DNA of 64,000 nucleotides, taken from positions 1,031 to 65,030 of the forward strand of contig JAYVSC010000150.1 in the NCBI GenBank assembly GCA_043775705.1, given 5' to 3'. Under the pieces are notes generated by a model. It searched no databases, had not been told where the DNA came from, and saw only the letters and a program-made list of their open reading frames with translations. The position numbers were made by a program, and so were the translations under genes. This DNA is from Spirochaetales bacterium (GTDB lineage Bacteria; Spirochaetota; Spirochaetia; Treponematales; Treponemataceae). This document shows, piece after piece, positions 57,167 through 64,000 of this stretch (within the stretch, counting starts at the first letter, position 1; each line of letters starts with the position of its first letter).

Positions 57167-57197
57167 GGGGCTGTCCGGATGGGCAGCCCTTTTTTTT
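57167..57197 (+). terminator. Intrinsic terminator in the ilvB-yihA intergenic region
   Basis: GGGGCTGTCC-ggat-GGGCAGCCCT followed by a T run. Confidence 0.85.
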
Positions 57198-57307
57198 GAC
57201 TTTTAGGCTGAAGGGCAGAGAACGGGATGCGGGAGCACAGCCTGTGACGCTTTTTTATTATCCGGAAAACCGGTATACTCTGGTCTGTAAACAGGAGAAT
57301 AGCCCAA

Positions 57308-57889
57308 GTGATCAGAATTATCTCAGCCGAGTTTATAAAGGGCGCGGTAAAGCCGGAAGACTACGCGAGGACAGGAAAGCCGGAATTTGCCTTTTTCGGG
57401 CGGTCGAATGCGGGTAAATCATCCCTTATCAATATGCTGGTAAACCGAAAATCCCTGGTGAAGACGGGTTCGCGCCCGGGCATGACGAGAGTTATCAATT
57501 TTTTCATGGTAAACAACGCCTTTTGCCTCGCAGACCTTCCCGGTTACGGCTATGCCCAGCGTTCGGGAGAGGAAAACGACACCTTCGACACCATGCTCGC
57601 CGATTATGCCTCGAGCCGGAACGAACTGAGAACCATTTTCTTCCTTATAGATATGCGCAGGATTCCCGACAAGGTCGAACGGGACACTATCGAGTATTTC
57701 GAGAACCTGAATATCGAGGTGGTAATCGTGGGAACCAAGGCAGACAAGCTGAGCGCGAACGAGATACGCGCGACGGTTCAGGAATGGTCGTCACTTTTCA
57801 ACCGCGCCGCTGATTTGATTCCGGTAACATCGGCGACAAAAAACACCGGACGCGATACGCTTCTAAAAATGATCAACGCCCGGTTGTGA
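57308..57889 (+). CDS. engB: Ribosome biogenesis GTPase YihA/YsxC
   Basis: GRSNAGKSS, PGMT, DLPGYG, TKADK and TSA motifs. GTG start after AGGAG. Confidence 0.95.
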   Translation: MIRIISAEFIKGAVKPEDYARTGKPEFAFFGRSNAGKSSLINMLVNRKSLVKTGSRPGMTRVINFFMVNNAFCLADLPGYGYAQRSGEENDTFDTMLADYASSRNELRTIFFLIDMRRIPDKVERDTIEYFENLNIEVVIVGTKADKLSANEIRATVQEWSSLFNRAADLIPVTSATKNTGRDTLLKMINARL

Positions 57890-57905
57890 TCGATCGTACG
57901 GTTAT

Positions 57906-58526
57906 TCAGTGCTGTCTTGATCCGCCCAGCTGAACGAAGCGGTCGACCGGTGTGGTAAACATAATTCCCATGCCGGGGGAAGCGAGGCAGGGAAGGGCGG
58001 TGATCGCGTCCCTGATTGCCCGGGATTTTTCCCGTTCTGCAAGAATCATCACTTCTTCCTTTTCGGGAACTATCGTGATGCCGAAGAATTTCTCGTCATT
58101 CGGTTTTCCGGTTCCCCGCGCGTGCACAATCGTGCCGCCCCGCGAGCCTGCCTTGCGCGCGGCGTCCATCACATCATCGGCAAAGCCCCGGTTCACAATT
58201 ATCGTGATCAATTCATGTTCGCATTCGCCTTCCATCGCTTTTCCTCCGGTTCGTATGATAAATGAAATTCCGCCGTTTTTTTTCGGATAGAGCGGGGCGT
58301 CCCGTATTGCGTTGAACACGGCCTCGAGCTGGTCGTTCGTCACAAGGGTGAGCAGGACGTCCTTTTCCGTGTCTGAAAGCGAGAGCGCGCGCATCAGGAA
58401 GGATCCGCCGGAGCCGCGCCCGACCAGTATAGTTCCCCCGCGCGCGCCTGCGCTCCGGGTGAGGGCCGCGACCTTCTCGCCGAGGCCGTGATTTACAATC
58501 GTAAAAATCTGGTGGCTATATTCCAA
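57906..58526 (-). CDS. Tandem P-II-like protein
   Basis: Two copies of xIVN.G....V....R.AG.RGGT....RG.G...EK. TTG start after GGAGG. Confidence 0.8.
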   Translation of the reverse strand: MEYSHQIFTIVNHGLGEKVAALTRSAGARGGTILVGRGSGGSFLMRALSLSDTEKDVLLTLVTNDQLEAVFNAIRDAPLYPKKNGGISFIIRTGGKAMEGECEHELITIIVNRGFADDVMDAARKAGSRGGTIVHARGTGKPNDEKFFGITIVPEKEEVMILAEREKSRAIRDAITALPCLASPGMGIMFTTPVDRFVQLGGSRQH

Positions 58527-60000
58527 TTTTCGCCTCCTTTCTCATATACAGTTCCTTCCGGTGAAACAAAAAGCCGAGCAGCTGAATGCTTACCGGCGGG
58601 GCAATAGCTATCATCGCGATGAGTCCGAATGCGTCGGTCGCGGGATTTCCGCCCGAGGACAGGGACGCGCCTATCGTCAGGGTGAGGATGAAGGTACTCG
58701 ACATGGGGCCTGTCGCTACCCCGCCTGAGTCGAACGCGATCGCGGTGAAGAGTTTCGGCGAAAAAAAACTGAGCGACAGGGCGAGAGTGAACAGGGGGAT
58801 GAGCAGATACCATATGCTGAACTGCGCGAGAACCCTCCACATTGAAAGGCCGACCGCTCCCGATACTCCGATTGCCAAAGCGGCGAGCAGAAGGGGTTTG
58901 CGAATGTTTCCGCCCGACACTTCCTCGACCTGTTCCGTAAGGACCCAAATGGCCGGTTCCGCGCACACAATGACCGCACCCAGGAGACATCCGACCGGTA
59001 TCAAAATCCAGTTGAAGGAAAGAGCGCCCAGTCCTTTCCCTATTTCCGTTCCTGCGGGAATAAAGGCGGTATAGGCGCCGAGAAAAAAGAGAGAAAGGCC
59101 GATGAAGGTATATCCCATACCCATTGCGATGCGCCGGATTTGCGCGGGCGGCAATTTGAGGAGGGTCATTTGGAACACAAGCAGGAGAAGCGATAGGGGG
59201 CCGAGCGCCAGGGCGACTTCTGCGAGAATCGGCAATATTTTTGCCCTGTATACCGCGAAAAGAGTTTGCGGAACAGCGGCAACGGCAATCACTGGAAGGG
59301 GTAGCGTGTTTCCGTCTCCGCGGAAAAACCCGAGAACGATCACTGCGAGTATCGGCCCTATTGCGGCGATGCCAGTGGAGCCGAAGCTGTCATCCTCGGC
59401 TGTCCTGTCGCTGCGCACGCTGGCCACGCCGATGCCGAGGGCGATAAAAAAGGGGACTGTCAGCGGCCCGGTCGCCGCCCCCGAGGAATCAAAGGCCAGG
59501 GCGACAAAGACGGCGCTCACCCGAGAGGCAAGGAGAAGGGCTGAGCCGTAGGAGAGGATCACTATGATGCGGTAGGGGATCTGGAAGAGGATGCGGGCAA
59601 TCGCGAGAGAGAGGGCGAGACCTATGCCGAGGGCTACGGAGAAAATAAGCGATGACGACTTGATCGTCCCGGTCACTGTCTGGACCAGGTCCCCCTGGAC
59701 GCGCAGATTCGGTTCTGCGATCGTAATGATAAAGCCGACAATGAGGATTACAAGGAGAATGAGGGGCAGTTTCCGGGTTCTCGTAAGGGCCGAGCCGAGC
59801 ATTGAGCCCGCGGGAACGATGGCGAGATCCACTCCGGTCAGGAAAAAACCAAGCCCCAGAATGACGAGAAGGGAGCCTGCGAAAAAAGAAACCAGTATAT
59901 ATGCAGGAAGCGGCGTGACCGTCAGGTGAAGAATGAGTACAATCAGCATGACAGGCACTATCGCGAGGGTTGTTTCCTTGAGTTTTTGCAGTAGATTCAT
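58516..60000 (-). CDS. DUF1538-family membrane protein (internally duplicated)
   Basis: Two halves, each with AEP and AFDS(S/G)G(A/V)ATGP motifs. Highly hydrophobic. Confidence 0.8.
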   Translation of the reverse strand: MNLLQKLKETTLAIVPVMLIVLILHLTVTPLPAYILVSFFAGSLLVILGLGFFLTGVDLAIVPAGSMLGSALTRTRKLPLILLVILIVGFIITIAEPNLRVQGDLVQTVTGTIKSSSLIFSVALGIGLALSLAIARILFQIPYRIIVILSYGSALLLASRVSAVFVALAFDSSGAATGPLTVPFFIALGIGVASVRSDRTAEDDSFGSTGIAAIGPILAVIVLGFFRGDGNTLPLPVIAVAAVPQTLFAVYRAKILPILAEVALALGPLSLLLLVFQMTLLKLPPAQIRRIAMGMGYTFIGLSLFFLGAYTAFIPAGTEIGKGLGALSFNWILIPVGCLLGAVIVCAEPAIWVLTEQVEEVSGGNIRKPLLLAALAIGVSGAVGLSMWRVLAQFSIWYLLIPLFTLALSLSFFSPKLFTAIAFDSGGVATGPMSSTFILTLTIGASLSSGGNPATDAFGLIAMIAIAPPVSIQLLGFLFHRKELYMRKEAKIGI

Positions 60001-60023
60001 CTTGTATCAGACCTTATCATGTA

Positions 60024-60053
60024 TTGACAGAAATAACCAGTTTCTGGCAATAT
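60024..60053 (+). promoter_or_regulatory. Promoter predicting a leaderless purB mRNA
   Basis: TTGACA-18-CAATAT with TGn. The ATG at 60059 has no strong, well-spaced SD. Confidence 0.6.
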
Positions 60054-60058
60054 GGATC

Positions 60059-61492
60059 ATGGAAACACGTAATATCTTTCTGAATATCTCCCCCCTTGAT
60101 CATCGCTATTCCCTGTCAGAGTCTTCTGTGTATGACGCCCTTTCTTCCTATATTTCCGAACAGGCCTCGATAATTTCCTGCGCCCGGGCCGAAATTGCGC
60201 TCGTGAAGGCTCATTTGGCCGTGAGGGGAACCCTTACAGCGAGCCTTGAAAAAGAGCTCGACCTTGTCGCGGAAACGATTGATCCCTCCCTGGTATATGC
60301 CGAAGAAGAAAAAACCAAACATAATGTACGCGCCCTGGTGAATGTCCTTAAAACCCTTGTGCCCGCCGAGGTTGCCCCTCTTGTCCATTTGGGAGCCACC
60401 AGCGTCGATATTCTCGATACCGCCCTCGCGGTGCGCATCCGGGACTGCGTGCAGAAGGTTATCCTTCCCGAGCTGCGCGCGCTGGAAAACCATCTGTGCA
60501 CCATCGCGTCCCGGGAAGCGGCCACGCCCGAAGTCGGCCGTACCCACGGCCAGCATGCAGTCCCCATCACCTTCGGCTTCGCAATGGCGGAATACGTGAG
60601 CCGCCTCGGTAAATCGATCCTCGAGATCGAGACCCGCTCCAACGGCCTGTGCGGCAAGCTTGCGGGGGCAGTCGGCGCCTACAACGCCACCAGCATGATA
60701 GTCCGCGATCCCGAGGATCTTGAAAGACGGTATCTCGCGTATCTCGGCCTCACTCCTTCCGAGCATTCAACCCAGCTCGTCGAGCCCGAGTACCTTTTGC
60801 GCCTCCTTCTCGAACTGAATGTCGCCTTCGGCATCATCGCCAATCTCGCGGATGACCTGCGTAACCTGCAGCGCTCAGAGGTCGGCGAGGTTTTCGAGTA
60901 TTTCAGCTCTACCCAGGTGGGCTCCTCCACCATGCCCCAAAAGCGCAATCCCTGGAACTCGGAGCATGTGAAGAGCCTGTGGAAGGCTTTCGCTCCCCGC
61001 GTCATGACTTTCTTCATGGACCAGATCTCGGAGCATCAGAGGGACTTGAGCAATTCCGCGAGCCAGCGCTTTGTCGCCGACTATCTCGCCGGCTTTACCT
61101 TCGCGGTGGCCCGCATGAAAAGCGTCGTCGCCGGCCTCCAGGCGGACCGCGACGGAATGGCTGCGAATCTCGCAAACGCGGGCGGCAAGGTGAAGGGCGG
61201 CGTCCTCGCCGAGCCTGCCTACATCCTGCTCGCCGAGTCAGGCATCTCGGACGCGCACGAGGTGATACGAAACATCACCCTTGACGCAGAAACGAATAGA
61301 ATCACTTTTTATGAAGCGATCGTGAAAAACGCCGATGCGTTCAAGCGTATTACCGCCCAGCTCGAAAAACTCGGCATTGCCGATCCCGCGGGCTTTTTCG
61401 CCTCTCCCGAGCGTTACCGGGGACTCGCGGTCGAGAAAGCCGAGCGGCTTTCCGCGAAGTGGCGCGACCTGATGAAGAGCGCCGTGAAGTGA
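60059..61492 (+). CDS. purB: Adenylosuccinate lyase
   Basis: SPLDHRY, HLGATSVDI, GRTHGQHA, GAVGAY and the signature GSSTMPQKRNP. Confidence 0.93.
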   Translation: METRNIFLNISPLDHRYSLSESSVYDALSSYISEQASIISCARAEIALVKAHLAVRGTLTASLEKELDLVAETIDPSLVYAEEEKTKHNVRALVNVLKTLVPAEVAPLVHLGATSVDILDTALAVRIRDCVQKVILPELRALENHLCTIASREAATPEVGRTHGQHAVPITFGFAMAEYVSRLGKSILEIETRSNGLCGKLAGAVGAYNATSMIVRDPEDLERRYLAYLGLTPSEHSTQLVEPEYLLRLLLELNVAFGIIANLADDLRNLQRSEVGEVFEYFSSTQVGSSTMPQKRNPWNSEHVKSLWKAFAPRVMTFFMDQISEHQRDLSNSASQRFVADYLAGFTFAVARMKSVVAGLQADRDGMAANLANAGGKVKGGVLAEPAYILLAESGISDAHEVIRNITLDAETNRITFYEAIVKNADAFKRITAQLEKLGIADPAGFFASPERYRGLAVEKAERLSAKWRDLMKSAVK

Positions 61493-61496
61493 CGGC

Positions 61497-61550
61497 AAAA
61501 AACCGGCTGCCCCCGAGATTGCCCCGCAATCGCGAGCGCAGCCGGTTTTT
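61497..61550. terminator. Nested hairpin flanked by A and T runs (bidirectional terminator-like) between purB and guaB
   Basis: AAAAAACCGGCTGC...GCAGCCGGTTTTT with an inner GATTGC/GCAATC stem. Confidence 0.7.
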
Positions 61551-61582
61551 ATATATAGAGTTTATTATGGAGGTTTATTGAT

Positions 61583-63028
61583 ATGATTGAACTGAAAGAA
61601 ACCCTTTCCTACGACGATGTGCTCCTGCAGCCCGGCTATTCCGAAGTGCTGCCCCGTGAAACCGACGTGAGCACCGTACTGGTTCGAGATGTGCGCCTGA
61701 ATGTCCCGGTAATATCTGCGGCGATGGACACCGTTACGGAAGAAAAAATGGCTATTACCCTGGCCCTCGAGGGAGCCGCCGGCGTCATCCACCGGAACCT
61801 GAAACCGGAAGTCCAGGCCGAGCAGGTTTCAAACGCCAAGCGGTATCTCAATTGGGTTATCGAATCCCCCATCACCGTTGAAGATGACCGCACCCTCGGC
61901 GACGTTAAACAGCTTATGCACCGCTACAACGTGTCGGGTTTGCCCGTTATCACCAAGGATGGAAAGCTCGTCGGCATCATCACCGGGCGCGATCTCCGCT
62001 TTTGCCGGGACGACAGTCTCTTTGTCCGGGACGTAATGACCAAGGAAATGGTGGTCACCGAGGGGAAGCCCACTGTGGACGACGCCCGGCAGAAATTCGA
62101 CAAGCACCGCATCGAAAAGCTTCCTGTCATCGACAATGAGGGGCACCTGACCGGCCTCATCACCGTCAAGGACATGGAAAAGCAGGAAATGTTTCCGAAA
62201 GCGGCGCGCGACAAGAAGGGCCGCCTCATCGTGGGCGCCGCCATCAGCAACAATGACTGGGAAGTGCGCCTTCCCCTCCTTACCGGGGCGAAAGTTGACT
62301 TTGTGGTGCTTGACACCGCCCACGGCGACTCGAAGGGCGTGCTCGAGGCTGTCCGCGCCATACGCAAAAAATACCCGGAACTTGCCATAATCGGCGGAAA
62401 CGTCGCGACTAAAGAGGGAACGCGCCACCTGATCGAGGCCGGAGCGGACGCGGTCAAGGTAGGCGTCGGGCCCGGCTCAATCTGCACTACCCGTATAGTC
62501 TCCGGGGTAGGCGTTGCACAGTTCTCGGCAGTGCTTGAATGCGCAGAGGAAGCCTCGAAGACAAATACCCCCATCATTGCGGACGGCGGCATCAAGTTCT
62601 CGGGCGATATTTCCAAGGCAATCGGCGCGGGCGCGAACGCCGTCATGATCGGCAATCTTTTTGCCGGCTTGAAGGAAGCTCCCGGACGCGAAATCATCTT
62701 TGACGGCCGCATCTACAAGGAATACCGGGGAATGGGAAGCCTCGGCGCCATCAAGGACGGCTCGGGCGACCGCTACGGCATCGCAAAGGATGAAACCCCC
62801 GTACCCGAGGGAATCGAGGGCCGCGTTCCGTACAAGGGAGAACTGAAGGGATTCCTCCATCAAATGGTTTCAGGCCTTCGAAAGGGCATGGGATATTGCG
62901 GCTGCGCGACCATTGAGGAATTGAAGAATTATAAAAAATTTGTTAGAATAACGGCGTCGGGACTCCGTGAAAGCCATGCACATGATGTCACTATCACGCA
63001 GGAAGCCCCGAACTATTCCCGTTCCTAA
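61583..63028 (+). CDS. guaB: IMP dehydrogenase
   Basis: SAAMDTVT, a CBS pair, DTAHG, GVGPGSICTTR, IADGG and YRGMGS motifs. Confidence 0.97.
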   Translation: MIELKETLSYDDVLLQPGYSEVLPRETDVSTVLVRDVRLNVPVISAAMDTVTEEKMAITLALEGAAGVIHRNLKPEVQAEQVSNAKRYLNWVIESPITVEDDRTLGDVKQLMHRYNVSGLPVITKDGKLVGIITGRDLRFCRDDSLFVRDVMTKEMVVTEGKPTVDDARQKFDKHRIEKLPVIDNEGHLTGLITVKDMEKQEMFPKAARDKKGRLIVGAAISNNDWEVRLPLLTGAKVDFVVLDTAHGDSKGVLEAVRAIRKKYPELAIIGGNVATKEGTRHLIEAGADAVKVGVGPGSICTTRIVSGVGVAQFSAVLECAEEASKTNTPIIADGGIKFSGDISKAIGAGANAVMIGNLFAGLKEAPGREIIFDGRIYKEYRGMGSLGAIKDGSGDRYGIAKDETPVPEGIEGRVPYKGELKGFLHQMVSGLRKGMGYCGCATIEELKNYKKFVRITASGLRESHAHDVTITQEAPNYSRS

Positions 63029-63039
63029 AGTAGGTAAGC

Positions 63040-64000
63040 ATGAACGTAGTTGTAATCGGTGCCCAATGGGGCGATGAAGGAAAAGGCAAGATCGTCGATT
63101 ATCTCGCCAACGAGTCGCAGACTATTGTACGCTTTTCAGGCGGAGCCAACGCCGGACACACCATTGTAAGCAATGGCGTCCAATACGCACTTCACTTGGT
63201 CCCTTCGGGAATCCTGCATGAAAACAACACCGTTTTTCTCGGTGCCGGCATGGTTATCGATCCTGAGGCCCTGTTTGCCGAGCTTGCGATGCTCAAGGAA
63301 CGGGGAATCAACTGCGAGGGCAGGGTATTCATTTCCGACCGGGCACATATCGTACTGCCCAAGTACCGCGAACTGGACAAAAAGCGGGACGCCGCGCGCA
63401 GCCGTCCCCTTGGAACGACCGGCCGGGGAATCGGCACCACATATGCGATGAAAAGCGAACGCGACGGCATCCGGATCGCCGATCTAACCTGGAAGGAAAA
63501 AATGGACGAGCTTGAAGACGCGGACCGCGCCTTCCTTGCCCCGTTCATGGACCGCCTTCTCGAGATGAAGGTAAACCTCACCACTGAACTCTGGAAGGCC
63601 CGCGGCAAGAAGGTTTTGTTTGAAGGCGCCCAGGGAGCACTCCTTGACCTGGATCTCGGCACCTATCCCTACGTTTCCTCGGGCTTTTCCTCCTCGGCTG
63701 GCGCCGCCATCGGCGGATGCATAGGCCCCCGCTCAATCGACAAGATTCTCGGGGTATTCAAGGCATATTCGACACGTGTCGGAAACGGCCCCATGCCGAC
63801 GGAATTTGATATGAACAGCCAGAGTGAACTCTACAATTACGTGCGCGAAACAGGCCGCGAGTACGGCGTAACGACCGGTCGCCCCCGTCGGTGCGGTTAT
63901 CTCGACCTTGTTGCCCTGCGCTATGCCTGCCGCTCGAATTCGATCGACGACCTGGTTTTGACCCATCTCGACGTGTATGACACCCTCAATGAAATCGAAG
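63040..64000 (+). CDS. purA: Adenylosuccinate synthetase, 3'-truncated by the window edge
   Basis: Read by hand because it is missing from the ORF track: GAQWGDEGKGK, GGANAGHT, GTTGRGIG, FEGAQG and TTGRPRRCG. Confidence 0.95.
   Translation, partial: MNVVVIGAQWGDEGKGKIVDYLANESQTIVRFSGGANAGHTIVSNGVQYALHLVPSGILHENNTVFLGAGMVIDPEALFAELAMLKERGINCEGRVFISDRAHIVLPKYRELDKKRDAARSRPLGTTGRGIGTTYAMKSERDGIRIADLTWKEKMDELEDADRAFLAPFMDRLLEMKVNLTTELWKARGKKVLFEGAQGALLDLDLGTYPYVSSGFSSSAGAAIGGCIGPRSIDKILGVFKAYSTRVGNGPMPTEFDMNSQSELYNYVRETGREYGVTTGRPRRCGYLDLVALRYACRSNSIDDLVLTHLDVYDTLNEIE

Noticed and set aside
1-64000. CRISPR arrays, tRNA/rRNA genes, transposases, integrases and prophage genes
   Set aside because: None recognised by eye. 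Intergenic gaps are short and mostly explained by promoters and terminators.

Overview
A 64-kb stretch of core chromosome from a Treponema-like spirochaete. The assignment rests on cfpA, a TP0733-like beta-barrel beside folD, a pallilysin-like/vWA gene pair, a short AlaRS and a lone groES, in a gene order resembling T. pallidum loci as I recall them. About 50 CDS cover tRNA and folate enzymes, envelope proteins, alaS-nusB, a sigma factor, a Clostridium-like glnA-ANTAR-PII-amtB module, pyrG, recG, dnaE, ABC transporters, cyclic-nucleotide signalling genes, liv genes, ilvB and purB-guaB-purA. I saw no rRNA, tRNA, CRISPR array or transposase. Best candidate for an undescribed system: next to cfpA, a 'PPDK' has lost its ATP-grasp catalytic residues but keeps the phospho-His and PEP sites, and it follows a protein ending in an HPr-like domain (His15- and Ser46-equivalents present) after a 10-nt gap. 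This suggests an Enzyme-I/HPr-like phosphorelay built from PPDK, with a KPAA-repeat basic tail. Also notable: a doubly degenerate cNMP-GGDEF gene coupled to a cNMP-GGDEF-DHH/DHHA1 fusion; a sigma54 promoter with a candidate enhancer before an RpoS-like sigma factor; a Val/Leu leader-peptide attenuator; ANTAR-type terminators; an ARG-box-like operator shared by glnA and ilvB; and repeated leaderless-mRNA geometry. All calls are by eye from motifs and no database searches were run.
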